Shown: in pieces, positions 55,191 to 64,000 of the stretch
Numbering within the stretch: position 1 is the stretch's first letter
How the letters are laid out: each line of letters starts with the position of its first letter
DNA from: Patescibacteria group bacterium
GTDB lineage: Bacteria; Patescibacteriota; Minisyncoccia; UBA6257; GWB1-50-10
Assembly: GCA_023474215.1 (NCBI GenBank)
Contig: JAMCYI010000006.1
Location: 65,452 to 129,451, forward strand
DNA length: 64,000 nt
Direction of reading: 5' to 3'
Program-made: the position numbers and the translations under genes
Notes under the pieces: generated by a model
What the model was told of the DNA's origin: nothing
What the model saw: only the letters and a program-made list of their open reading frames with translations
Databases searched by the model: none

Positions 55191-57434
55191 CTATACCGAA
55201 ATCTCGCACGTACCTCCGACGCACGCAAGCTCTTTTGCACCTTGCGTTTCGTCTTCCCGTTCATAGAGAAGGATTTGGGAAAAATCGACTTGCGGGAATG
55301 CAGAAACCAACTCGTCGTACCGCCCCTTGGAAATTTCCTCATACGGCGCGAGCTGGTATACGAAGTCCTCCCGGGGCAAGAACGAAAGCCCTCCCAGCAT
55401 GTCCCAATTCTTATAAAGCCAATCCGCCACTTCGACCCATTCGTTTTCACCGACGGAAATAGTGACCGACGGATTATGCTCGGTGTAATTTTCCTTAACC
55501 ATCTTCCAATATTCGAGCTGCTCGATGGCGGAAAGGTCGTTCTTCACGATCGATTGGTCCGGCGCTTTCACCGGAAATTCAAGGACATATGTCGTCGCAT
55601 TTTCACTCGACTGGCCAACTTCGGGATGAAACGGGATCTTTTGATCGCGGAGCATCTTGAACAAGCTGTCTGTCGCGGAAATGCGTATCCGTCGGATATA
55701 GTACTGTGCGTGCCGCGGATGGAGACCTGATGCGGCATCGACGAGTTGTGATACCGTCCCGGAGGGCTTTACGCACGTGACGGACGCCGACTGATTGATG
55801 CCGAATTTCTTTGCATAGACCTTGTTGGTCTCAACCGCCATTTCTTTCAGCCTCCGAAGCGTCGAGGCGTTCCGAACGGCCGGCGAGTCCCACTGACCGG
55901 TGATCGAGACGCCGAGAAGCCGTTCTTCATCGCAATTTTTCTTCCATTCGGGAGAAAGGTACTTAAAATTGGTCAACGTCGATTGATAGGTACCCAAAAT
56001 GGCCGCGAGGCGCGCCTTTTTCAGCAACGTTTCCTCGGTATCCTCGAAACGAGCGACGATTTCCGATAAATTACAGAATTCCTTCGATCGAAGGACTATT
56101 TCGCCGCATGGATTGGTTCCCGACGTCGGATAATGGGCTTTGAAGTTCTTCCAGCGCCGCTCGGGCATTTGCCGCTCGAGGCCTCCCCTGTTGAAAATGC
56201 CCCGTTCGCCGCTGCCGCTCTTCGTAAGGGATAGCCATTCCTCGAGGAAGGTGGCAGCCGAAGGTTTTTCATTGTAAACGGCCGAATTGTTCGCCATTGC
56301 TCGCTGCGGTTCCGTAAGATAGAACTGCCCAAACTTCGCCGTCTGCATGTCCTTATCATCCAAATCGGAAAGCGATATAAGCGCTGTGCGCCGCACGCCG
56401 CCCATCACGACCACTTCCCCGATTTTGCAAACAATATCATGAACGTCCAAAGTCGACAGCCGTCGTCCTTGCTTTGCAAGTATTTTTCTCCGCGCGAATT
56501 CAAGGACGGAACGCAAGGGATCCGGGCCTGAACTTCGACCGCCCATGGTCTTTAAGCGAGCGCCCTGCGGTCGTATCTTTGAAAAATCAAAATCAATATC
56601 TTTGCCGTCAAACCATGTTTCAAGCCCCAAGACCAAAGCGTCGGACCAACCTTCCTTGCTGTCATCAATCACGTGCACCGGAATCTTTTCACCGCTCTGC
56701 CGTTTGATCAAAGGGAGCTCCTCCACATTTTGATGTTCGACGGAAAATCCGACGCCCGCTCCGCACATCGAAAGGTACATGATCTCGCCGAAGTCGCGCG
56801 GGCTGGACGGCGCGACGAACGAGCAGTTGTATGCCGTGACGTTCGTCACTTCCGCAGCATGTCCCGCGCCCCACAGGAGGCGCATCGACGGCATAACGTC
56901 CTGTCGGAGGATCGCTTGCTTCAATTCTTCATACTCCTCGTCGGTCAATTTATTTCCCAAATTCTTTTTCATGAAGCCCACATACCGCTCAACGGTTTCG
57001 ATCCACGTTTCGCGGCGGCCTTCTTGATCGAGCCAGCGTGAGTAAGATCGATAATAAATGAATTCGCCCAAAGGATTTCGGAAATATTTTTTACTTTCGC
57101 GAGCGAGGTCATGCACATAGTCGGGAATCGCCTTTTTCGATTCCCTGAGCTTTGCCCGCTCTTCGCGGTACAAAATATATGCCTTCGCCGTCTGCAAAAA
57201 GTCGGCAGCCATCAATTCTTCTTCGACGGTGTCTTGTATTTCCTCGATGCCGAGGACATGATCGGAAGAAAACTTCTTTCCGAGCGAACGCACGACTTTT
57301 TCCGAGACGTTTGCGGCTTCTTTTTCGCTCCCTTCTCCGGTCGCCTTCATCGCTTTCGCGATTGCGCGCGCTATTCGTTCCTCATCAAAGGGAACAACTT
57401 GACCTTCTCGCTTCCGAACCGACGTGAATGACAT
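55191..57434 (-). CDS. ribonucleotide reductase, likely class II (adenosylcobalamin-dependent, NrdJ-like), with an N-terminal ATP-cone
   Basis: ATP-cone (VRKREGQVVPFDEERIARAIAKA) and active-site NPCGEI. C-terminal Cys-rich tail (CVGGTCEISV). 747 aa. Assignment to class I versus class II is not certain from sequence alone. Confidence 0.6.
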   Translation of the reverse strand: MSFTSVRKREGQVVPFDEERIARAIAKAMKATGEGSEKEAANVSEKVVRSLGKKFSSDHVLGIEEIQDTVEEELMAADFLQTAKAYILYREERAKLRESKKAIPDYVHDLARESKKYFRNPLGEFIYYRSYSRWLDQEGRRETWIETVERYVGFMKKNLGNKLTDEEYEELKQAILRQDVMPSMRLLWGAGHAAEVTNVTAYNCSFVAPSSPRDFGEIMYLSMCGAGVGFSVEHQNVEELPLIKRQSGEKIPVHVIDDSKEGWSDALVLGLETWFDGKDIDFDFSKIRPQGARLKTMGGRSSGPDPLRSVLEFARRKILAKQGRRLSTLDVHDIVCKIGEVVVMGGVRRTALISLSDLDDKDMQTAKFGQFYLTEPQRAMANNSAVYNEKPSAATFLEEWLSLTKSGSGERGIFNRGGLERQMPERRWKNFKAHYPTSGTNPCGEIVLRSKEFCNLSEIVARFEDTEETLLKKARLAAILGTYQSTLTNFKYLSPEWKKNCDEERLLGVSITGQWDSPAVRNASTLRRLKEMAVETNKVYAKKFGINQSASVTCVKPSGTVSQLVDAASGLHPRHAQYYIRRIRISATDSLFKMLRDQKIPFHPEVGQSSENATTYVLEFPVKAPDQSIVKNDLSAIEQLEYWKMVKENYTEHNPSVTISVGENEWVEVADWLYKNWDMLGGLSFLPREDFVYQLAPYEEISKGRYDELVSAFPQVDFSQILLYEREDETQGAKELACVGGTCEISV

Positions 57435-57545
57435 GATGGTTGAAAAAAATAAAATTTGGACCGACTTTTTTAAAACTTTTTTCGAGGTACCAATAATTTT
57501 AAACCCGTTCCGGAACCCCCAGAAGTGGATAACTCGAAAAATTGA

Positions 57546-57568
57546 AAATCCGCCTCATCGGCGGATTT
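57546..57568 (-). terminator. rho-independent terminator (bidirectional) downstream of ftsZ
   Basis: AAATCCGCC-tcat-GGCGGATTT perfect stem, with T-runs on both strands. Confidence 0.5.
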
Positions 57569-57598
57569 TTCAGCTCAAAATTTGACGAAGGAGCGAGT

Positions 57599-58834
57599 TT
57601 ATTTCTTCTTTTTTCTGAGGAATGCGGGTATTTCCCACGGTTCCTGTTTTTCCATCTTATTTCCTTTCGCCGGACGTTCTGGTTCTTCCGCTTCCACTTC
57701 GATGATCGCTTCGACGCTCGCTTGTTTTTTCGATTCTTCTCCCTTCTTACCTTGATTTTCTCCGGTCTTCGGTTCGTTCACCATAAAGAGATTCGGTACG
57801 GCACGTTTTTCGGAAAACATCCCGTTGAAACCGGTTGCAATGACGGTCACCTTGATCGCCTTATCCTTCAATGTCCGATCGTGGTATGCCCCAAAAATAA
57901 CCTTTGCTCCCGAATCAAGATTCGCGGATATCGCCTTTGCAATATCGTTGATCTCGGACATTTTCAAGTCTCTCGTACCAGCGATCGAAAAGAGCACTCC
58001 CTTTGCGCCGTCGAGGGTCACTTCGAGAAGCGGCGAGTTGATGGCGGATCCGACGGCTTTGATTCCGCGATCCGGCCCCGTCGCCGTCCCGATGCCGATC
58101 AGGGTCGTGCCGGCTTCCTTGAGAATCGATTTAATGTCCGCGAAGTCGACATTGATGATCCCCGGCATATTGATGAGTTCCGAGAGAGCTCTCACCGCTT
58201 GTTTCAAAACATCGTCGATGTATGAGAACGCTTTCGTGACCGGCGTATCTTTCTGAATGACGGTAAAAATGCGATCGTTCGGGATCACGACCAGCGAATC
58301 GACTTTTTCTCTCAGTCGATTGATACCGTCCTGCGCGATCGTCATCCGTTGCGTTCCTTCGAATGAGAATGGCTTCGTGACGACTGCCAAGGTCAATATT
58401 CCCTTTTCTCTCGCGATCTCCGCGATCACCGGCGTTGCACCGGTTCCCGTTCCGCCGCCCATCCCAGCCGCCAAAAAGACGATGTCGGCACCTTCGAGGA
58501 CCTCACCGATCTCCGATCGGTTTTCTTCGGCGGCTTGTTTCCCTATTTCCGGATTCATGCCGGCCCCCAAACCCCGCGTCAAAGCTTTCCCGATGTAGAG
58601 CTTCTTATGCGCCAGCGTATAATCCAAATCCTGCTTGTCGGTGTTCACGGCAACGAACTCGACGCCGCGCGGGCGTTCTCCCATCATCATTCGCGTTACG
58701 ACATTCCCGCCGCAACCGCCGACACCGACCACCTTGATCTTCGTAATGCCGTCCATTTTTTTAACCTTTGTTTCTCTCGGCACGCTCGTTTTTTTCTTCG
58801 CGGACCTCCTCCCCTTCCTTATTGCTTTAGCCAT
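57599..58834 (-). CDS. ftsZ: cell division protein FtsZ
   Basis: GVGGCGGNVV and AGMGGGTGTGATPVIA are present, with the conserved C-terminal peptide EIPAFLRKK. There is a basic N-terminal extension of about 26 aa. Confidence 0.9.
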   Translation of the reverse strand: MAKAIRKGRRSAKKKTSVPRETKVKKMDGITKIKVVGVGGCGGNVVTRMMMGERPRGVEFVAVNTDKQDLDYTLAHKKLYIGKALTRGLGAGMNPEIGKQAAEENRSEIGEVLEGADIVFLAAGMGGGTGTGATPVIAEIAREKGILTLAVVTKPFSFEGTQRMTIAQDGINRLREKVDSLVVIPNDRIFTVIQKDTPVTKAFSYIDDVLKQAVRALSELINMPGIINVDFADIKSILKEAGTTLIGIGTATGPDRGIKAVGSAINSPLLEVTLDGAKGVLFSIAGTRDLKMSEINDIAKAISANLDSGAKVIFGAYHDRTLKDKAIKVTVIATGFNGMFSEKRAVPNLFMVNEPKTGENQGKKGEESKKQASVEAIIEVEAEEPERPAKGNKMEKQEPWEIPAFLRKKKK

Positions 58835-58835
58835 A

Positions 58836-60053
58836 TTACGGAAGTAAATTCCTCAAGAAATCTTTGATTGACCTTATTTTTTGGATCGGCCTCGTGTTTT
58901 CTTCCGAGGATTTAAGCATTAAACCGACTGCAACCGCGAATTCCGGGTCGTCGATCATTTCTTTGTGGGCCGGGTTCAGAATTTCAAACCGTGAGAGGTT
59001 CGGAAACCCGACTTGAGCTGGCAACCTCATTTCCCCGCGGAGCATTTCATCCATCTTGTACAACTTGACTCCCCCGCCGGTCGCTACCACCCCTCCCGGA
59101 AGCTGCACGTTTCGGCCGATCGCCTTGATTTCATTATTTATTAAATCGAGCATTTCCGCAACTCTCACCTCGATGATCTCGGTCATGAATTTTCTCGACA
59201 CTTCGCCTTCACTTTTGCCATCGACGTCGGCGAGCTTGATAACATCCCGTTTTCCGACCCCCGAAGCCGTTGCCGAACTGTAACTCACTTTCAACTTCTC
59301 AGCGAGATCGATGGGAATTTTGAGACCGATTGCAATATCGTTCGTGATATACGAAGATCCGATGGGAATCGTCTTTGCGTGGAGGATTTTTCCTTCCTCA
59401 AAAACGGCGATGTTCGTCGTTCCAAAACCGAAGTCGATGAGGAGCACGCCCAAATTTTTTTGTTTTTTTGAAAGGACGGCTTCCGCCGCGGCGAGCGGAC
59501 TGAATACCAACCCGCCGATCGAAACATCGATCGAATCGAACAATTTCACCAACGGACTTATTTGAGATGAAACGCCTTCAATGATCAAGGTTTCCACTTC
59601 CAAGCGATTGCCCGGCATGCCCAAAGGATCCAAAATATCCCCAATGTCATCGACAAAATACTCTTTGATGATATTGTGAAGAACGAACGAATTGGGGCTT
59701 GCTTTGAAAGCGAGTGATAATTGATTTACCTTTTCGATGTCTTCGCTTCGTATCTCCCGCTGCACGTTCGAAATGGCGACCGCACCTCTCGAGGGACGCG
59801 GCTTGACGTGCTCGCTTTGGACGTTCACAAAAACATTTTCAGCCGCCCTCTTGTACATTTTTTGAACATCTTCGAAGAGTCTTCCCAATGCGTCGGCTGC
59901 TTCTTCAAAATCGACGAGCACTCCCTTCCGAAAACCCGCCGACGGCTGTTTAAAAACCGACACGACGGACAATAATCCGTCTTTTTTTTCTTCGGCGACG
60001 ATGCCCTTAAACTCCGAGGACCCTACGTCGAGGCTGGTTAAGATTTTTGGCAT
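58836..60053 (-). CDS. ftsA: cell division protein FtsA
   Basis: Actin-like ATPase fold motifs (LDVGSS.., DFGFGTTNIAVF, VVATGGGV). Immediately upstream of ftsZ. Confidence 0.85.
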   Translation of the reverse strand: MPKILTSLDVGSSEFKGIVAEEKKDGLLSVVSVFKQPSAGFRKGVLVDFEEAADALGRLFEDVQKMYKRAAENVFVNVQSEHVKPRPSRGAVAISNVQREIRSEDIEKVNQLSLAFKASPNSFVLHNIIKEYFVDDIGDILDPLGMPGNRLEVETLIIEGVSSQISPLVKLFDSIDVSIGGLVFSPLAAAEAVLSKKQKNLGVLLIDFGFGTTNIAVFEEGKILHAKTIPIGSSYITNDIAIGLKIPIDLAEKLKVSYSSATASGVGKRDVIKLADVDGKSEGEVSRKFMTEIIEVRVAEMLDLINNEIKAIGRNVQLPGGVVATGGGVKLYKMDEMLRGEMRLPAQVGFPNLSRFEILNPAHKEMIDDPEFAVAVGLMLKSSEENTRPIQKIRSIKDFLRNLLP

Positions 60054-60475
60054 AGTTGATTCCAGATTTTCCGCTCCAAGTTATTCATTATTATACTCTC
60101 TTTTGCACCTTCGTGGGTATACCCCAAAAGGTGGAGAATTCCATGAACCACCAAAAACCCAAGCTCGTCCCCTTTTTTCTCCGCCCAGTCGGGAGCCAGG
60201 AACAATTCCCCGATGAACCGGGTTCGACCAAGATCGGGCCGCGGTACCGAAAAAGGAACTTCAAAGCTCAAAACATTGGTCGGCTTCGGTTTTCCCCGAT
60301 ACTTCCGATTGATGGATTTCATCGTCGCGTCCGACACGAGGAAGATCTCGAGCGAAATTCCCCGCTTCCGAAGCTTCTGTAACGAACAAAGAGCCGTCCG
60401 CTGGAGAGCTCTTTCGAACTTTTTAAATTTCTTTTTCTCAGAAAAGACGGGGGCAATCGAGGCGGACATGAACAT
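60038..60475 (-). CDS. ybeY: rRNA maturation RNase YbeY
   Basis: The HGILHLLGYTHE zinc-binding motif is present. Confidence 0.85.
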   Translation of the reverse strand: MFMSASIAPVFSEKKKFKKFERALQRTALCSLQKLRKRGISLEIFLVSDATMKSINRKYRGKPKPTNVLSFEVPFSVPRPDLGRTRFIGELFLAPDWAEKKGDELGFLVVHGILHLLGYTHEGAKESIIMNNLERKIWNQLCQKS

Positions 60476-60937
60476 TCAGGAACTTAATTTTTCCTTGACC
60501 AACTGCCCTACCCGTGAAGCCTCTGCACCTCCTTTGGCGCGTTTCATTACTTCGCCCATCACCTTGCCGAAATCCTTCGGTCCGGCAGGTCGGACACTCA
60601 CAATCGCTTCCTCGACGATTTTTTCCAGGTCAGCATCGGACATTTCGGGCGGCAAATACGATCGAATGCACTCCAACTCTTTCTTTTCTTTCTCCGCCAA
60701 ATCACTTCTTCCACCCTTCTCGTAAACCTCAAACGATTCGCGCCTTTTCTTGGCTTCTTTTTTTAACACCTCCTCAACTTCTTCGTCGGTAAGCTTTTCT
60801 CCGAGGCCCTTTCCCCTCTTTTCAATCTCCCTCGTTTGAATGCTCGAAAGGAGAAACCGAAGCGTGCCAACTTTGAAGTCGTCCCTTGATCTCATTGCTT
60901 CCTTCAGGTCTCCGCTTATCCGTTCTTTGAGTTCCAT
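60476..60937 (-). CDS. GatB/YqeY domain protein
   Basis: 153 aa, with K/E-rich all-alpha YqeY pattern (LKEAMRSRD...LRFLLSSIQTREIEK). Confidence 0.8.
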   Translation of the reverse strand: MELKERISGDLKEAMRSRDDFKVGTLRFLLSSIQTREIEKRGKGLGEKLTDEEVEEVLKKEAKKRRESFEVYEKGGRSDLAEKEKKELECIRSYLPPEMSDADLEKIVEEAIVSVRPAGPKDFGKVMGEVMKRAKGGAEASRVGQLVKEKLSS

Positions 60938-60941
60938 GTTC

Positions 60942-61160
60942 CTATTTTGCGGAATATCCGAGTTTCCTCATTTTCTTCACTTGGCGGGCTTTTGCGCTCT
61001 TATAGACCGCCGATAATTTTCTCTTTCTCCGATTCACGGGGCGGCTCGAGCTCTTCCTTTTTCTTACCTCCTTCAAAACGCCGCTCTGCTGGACCCGCTT
61101 ATTGAATCGATACAAGAACGAGCCCGTACTCTCATTTTTCCTTCTTTTAACTTCTATCAT
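60942..61160 (-). CDS. rpsU: 30S ribosomal protein S21
   Basis: 72 aa and highly basic. V.RRKNES...FLYRFNKRV...G.L.E.R.R....P...RKRK matches the bS21 pattern. Confidence 0.8.
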   Translation of the reverse strand: MIEVKRRKNESTGSFLYRFNKRVQQSGVLKEVRKRKSSSRPVNRRKRKLSAVYKSAKARQVKKMRKLGYSAK

Positions 61161-61201
61161 TTTTGTTTTTACTTTTTATATTGTTTTATTTTTACGACCC
61201 T

Positions 61202-61612
61202 TTACTTCACCGTCAAAATTTTCATCCTTATTTCTTCCAAGCCTTCGCGTGGCGGATTATTGACCACAGAATGAACCGATCCTCCGCCGTCATCGTTCCA
61301 TCGCGGCATGATATGGATATGCAAATGATCGACGGTTTGCCCGGAAACGCGACCGTGATTCACGCCGATCGTAAAACCATCCGGCTGGAGCGCTTTTTGA
61401 AGAAGACTTGTGACTTTTTTCACCGCAGCAAAAACCGGTTCCACCGCCTCGGGCGGAAGATCCAAAATGTTCTCGGCGTGTACTTTCGGGATCACCATCG
61501 TGTGCCCCGGCGAACGGGGGTGAATGTCCAAAATGCCAAGTGTCGCGTCGTCCTCATAAATGATGGAGGCCGGAATTTCCTTGCTGGCTATCTTACAAAA
61601 AAGGCAATCCAT
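61202..61612 (-). CDS. HIT-family (histidine triad) protein
   Basis: CLFCKI opening and HLHIHIMPR histidine triad. Confidence 0.85.
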   Translation of the reverse strand: MDCLFCKIASKEIPASIIYEDDATLGILDIHPRSPGHTMVIPKVHAENILDLPPEAVEPVFAAVKKVTSLLQKALQPDGFTIGVNHGRVSGQTVDHLHIHIMPRWNDDGGGSVHSVVNNPPREGLEEIRMKILTVK

Positions 61613-61615
61613 ACC

Positions 61616-62899
61616 CTATTCATTATTGAGCCTTTTCTTCACTTCTTCAACCAGCTTGTCGACGAGGATCGTTTCCTGGATGCCGGAGGTCATATCCCGC
61701 AGAATCACGGTACCGTCAAAAACTTCCTTTTGTCCCAAGAGGAGCGCCAGTTTGATGCCCATCCGTTCGGCGGTCTTTATTTGAGCTTTCAGCGTTTTCT
61801 TACCTACCATTTCGACGACAGCAACGCCGGAGAGCCGAAGTTTGTTCATAAGCTTCAAGGCACCCTTCTTTGCTTGATCGCCGATGACCAAAAAGAAAAC
61901 CTTCGGCTTTGACTTGAAGCGCGGTTCCACATTTTGCCGCTTCATCGCTTCCATGACCCGCTCGACCCCAACATTCGCCCCGACGGCCGGAATTTGCCGT
62001 TTGAATACCGCTTCGGAAAGATAATCGTACCGGCAACCGAATGCCAAGGGGTACGGCATTTCAGGCGTACGGAATTCGAATGTCGTCCGATTATTGAGAT
62101 CGCCCGTCGAAACCATGTTCGGATCCGGCTCGTAGGGTATGCCGTTGTCTTCTACGAGTTCGAGCACCGATTTCAAATGATTGTTACAGCTTTGACAAAG
62201 GTAATCGAAAATGATCGGCCCTTCCAACCGGATCGCCTTGCACTTTTCTTCATTGCACGAAAGCAGCAAAAAGGGATTGATCTCAAAATTCCTGGCGCAA
62301 GTTTTGCAAACATCTTTTAATCTTCCCCGATAATAATTCTGCAGTTTATGCTTGAAGATCCCGTGGCACGTATGACAGCCCGAACTTCCGATCTTCAGAA
62401 CGACGTTCGCGAGCCTCAAACTCTTAAAAAAGTCGTAGAGAGCGATGATGATTTCCCCGTCGTATATCGGGTCCGCTTCGCCGATCACCTGAAATCCGAA
62501 TTGATGGAACTGCCGCAGGAAATATTCATCCGTCTGAACGTCGCGAAAGACTGGACCGAAATAAAAGACTTTGAGCGGATATGCAAAGTACGCCAATTTA
62601 TTATCGATGAAGCTCCGGAGAACGGACTCCCGAAAACTGAACCGAAGTGCAGCTTTCATCTTTCCCGCTTTCAACGGAAAGAGTTCACGCTCGAGGACGT
62701 CCCGATCGCTGCCGAATGCGTTCTCGAAAATTTCATATCGCTCCACGGCGGAAAGCCCCATAAAATTGAAGTCGTGGAGTTCGCTTACCGCCTTGCCGGT
62801 TTCAAGAAGCTGCCGCCAATACGCTTGATTCCTCGGCAGGATATCCGGCATTCCTGCGATTCCCCATACCGCTTCATGACTTTTTGGTTTTTGTTTCAT
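61616..62899 (-). CDS. histidine--tRNA ligase paralog with a Cys-rich insertion
   Basis: HisRS-family motifs (GMPDILP, FRDVQTDEYFLRQFHQFGFQVIG, GCRYDYL...PAVGANVGVER) plus an anticodon-binding C-terminal domain. It has an inserted segment carrying about 10 Cys/His (GCHTCH...CKTC...C..EKC...CQSC), suggestive of zinc binding. The two HisRS copies are clearly divergent from each other. Confidence 0.6.
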   Translation of the reverse strand: MKQKPKSHEAVWGIAGMPDILPRNQAYWRQLLETGKAVSELHDFNFMGLSAVERYEIFENAFGSDRDVLERELFPLKAGKMKAALRFSFRESVLRSFIDNKLAYFAYPLKVFYFGPVFRDVQTDEYFLRQFHQFGFQVIGEADPIYDGEIIIALYDFFKSLRLANVVLKIGSSGCHTCHGIFKHKLQNYYRGRLKDVCKTCARNFEINPFLLLSCNEEKCKAIRLEGPIIFDYLCQSCNNHLKSVLELVEDNGIPYEPDPNMVSTGDLNNRTTFEFRTPEMPYPLAFGCRYDYLSEAVFKRQIPAVGANVGVERVMEAMKRQNVEPRFKSKPKVFFLVIGDQAKKGALKLMNKLRLSGVAVVEMVGKKTLKAQIKTAERMGIKLALLLGQKEVFDGTVILRDMTSGIQETILVDKLVEEVKKRLNNE

Positions 62900-62908
62900 G
62901 CGTGTCTC

Positions 62909-63472
62909 TTATCCGGCAGTCGTCGACGTACCGTATGCCGGCGCGCCGAATGCAGCGATATCTTGAAAAGGCCACAAGCGGAGCCGCACGACCCCCACGA
63001 TATCGCTCGACGGCACCGGCCCCCAACTCCTCGAGTCGTAACTATAGTTCCGGTTGTCACCCATGACAAAATACTCGTTGGAGCCCAAGGTTTCGGTGAA
63101 GTTTTGGCTCACATTCATGGGTTGGTCGATGTACGGCTCGTTCAACACGAGATGCTCGCTTTGATCCGTTACCATGACACGCCCATCCTTGATGGTCACC
63201 GTCTCCCCCGGAAGCCCGATAACCCGCTTAATGAAATACTCAGCCGGGTCTTTGGGGTAGCGGAGAACGATCACTTCTCCCCGTTCGGGGGTCCGGAAAT
63301 GATATGTCAGTTCGTCGACCAAGAGATAATCACCGTTCTGAAACGTGGGCACCATGCTTGATCCCGAAACGAGGAAGGGCTGGGCGACGAACGCCCTGAC
63401 CAAAATCACAGCCGCGACGGCTATGGCTATGGTTTCGAGCATCTCGACGATTGACCAGAACACTTTTCGCAT
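62909..63472 (-). CDS. lepB: signal peptidase I
   Basis: N-terminal TM; catalytic Ser region VSGSSMVPTF and the downstream Lys box (VIGLPGETV); GDNRNYSYDSR. Confidence 0.8.
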   Translation of the reverse strand: MRKVFWSIVEMLETIAIAVAAVILVRAFVAQPFLVSGSSMVPTFQNGDYLLVDELTYHFRTPERGEVIVLRYPKDPAEYFIKRVIGLPGETVTIKDGRVMVTDQSEHLVLNEPYIDQPMNVSQNFTETLGSNEYFVMGDNRNYSYDSRSWGPVPSSDIVGVVRLRLWPFQDIAAFGAPAYGTSTTAG

Positions 63473-63494
63473 CGTTGATGTATAATTTTATGCA

Positions 63495-64000
63495 ATGAAC
63501 GACAAAATTGCAACTTTGAGAATCATCGTCGGTTTGGGAAACCCGGCTGCCGAATACCGAGGAACATACCACAATGCGGGGCACTTGTTGCTTGATTTCC
63601 TTGCCGGCAACGAGACCGAGTGGAAAAAGGCGGACCTCTTCCGGTATGTACGACAAGGCGACCTCATTCTCGCGAAGACTGACGTCTTCATGAACGAGTC
63701 GGGAAAAGCAACAAAGAAGATTCTCTCGTATTTCAAACTGAAACCAGATGCGATGACGATTGCACATGATGATTCGGACCTCGTGATCGGGGAATACAAA
63801 ATTCAATTCGGCCGAGGTCCCGCCGGACACCGCGGCGTAGCATCCATTCTTTCGGTCCTCAAAACGAAAGATTTCAGAAGAATCCGCATCGGAGTACGCC
63901 GACCGCAAGAACGATCAAGAAAAAAAGCCGGTGATTTCGTATTGAAAAAGATAGGAGCGAGCGAGCTCAAAATTCTCGACGGCGTTTTTCGAGCGATTAC
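63495..64000 (+). CDS. pth: peptidyl-tRNA hydrolase (N-terminal about 168 aa; continues past the window end)
   Basis: RIIVGLGNPAAEYRGTYHNAGH and DDSDL..G match the Pth signature. TATAAT lies 9 nt upstream of the ATG. There is no stop before 64000. Confidence 0.8.
   Translation, partial: MNDKIATLRIIVGLGNPAAEYRGTYHNAGHLLLDFLAGNETEWKKADLFRYVRQGDLILAKTDVFMNESGKATKKILSYFKLKPDAMTIAHDDSDLVIGEYKIQFGRGPAGHRGVASILSVLKTKDFRRIRIGVRRPQERSRKKAGDFVLKKIGASELKILDGVFRAI

Noticed and set aside
57435-57598. NrdR box upstream of the RNR gene
   Set aside because: The AT-rich promoter region was inspected. No convincing 16-bp NrdR palindrome (acaCwAtATaTwGtgt-like) was found.
60942-61160. An alternative reading of the 72-aa basic ORF as a spurious ORF
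   Set aside because: Its composition and motif agree with ribosomal protein S21. It heads the conserved S21-YqeY-YbeY gene arrangement.
1-64000. CRISPR arrays, rRNA genes, transposase or integrase genes
   Set aside because: No array of evenly spaced direct repeats, no rRNA-like conserved stretches and no ORF with DDE/tyrosine-recombinase signatures were seen. The short repeats found are intergenic and irregularly spaced.

Overview
This 64-kb window reads as a compact, gene-dense bacterial chromosome segment. It is GC-rich, uses the standard genetic code and has many overlapping or abutting genes. It probably comes from an uncultivated lineage (the gene content is compatible with a reduced CPR/Patescibacteria-like or similar genome, but that is inference). 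Housekeeping genes dominate: secDF, tgt, two hisS-family genes, the ftsA-ftsZ / ybeY / yqeY / rpsU block, lepB, pth, class II RNR, folB, UvrD helicase and a P-type ATPase. There is an unusually rich set of envelope thiol-redox genes: CcdA plus glutaredoxin, VKOR plus DsbA, a DUF302-glutaredoxin fusion, a Bcp peroxiredoxin and an FKBP. DNA-repair and nucleotide-sanitising genes are also abundant: UDG family 4, DUF763, a MutY-like glycosylase, MGMT, MazG-like, NUDIX. Three efflux systems are present: a MacAB-like tripartite ABC system, an EmrAB-like MFS with two HlyD adaptors, and an MsbA-like exporter. Carbohydrate genes include GT4, a GDE_C-like six-hairpin glycosidase and GH1. The most striking non-protein feature is a tRNA-Asn(GUU) gene interrupted in the anticodon loop by a roughly 190-nt group I intron with recognisable P1, P, Q, R and S elements. 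It sits next to a tRNA-Lys(UUU) and is flanked by AT-richer islets that encode large uncharacterised proteins. Two of those proteins share an N-terminal MNPE(K/R)I motif, and two carry HExxH motifs. Other points of note: two families of short intergenic repeats that bracket single genes (TTAGGATTT-type around the FAD oxidase, TATCCG/ATAGATA-type around the M23 peptidase); long inverted repeats in intergenic regions; a second HisRS paralog with a Cys-rich insertion; a Tgt with an R/S-rich insertion; and several pairs of uncharacterised genes that could be small undescribed systems. No rRNA, CRISPR array or obvious transposase or integrase gene was seen.
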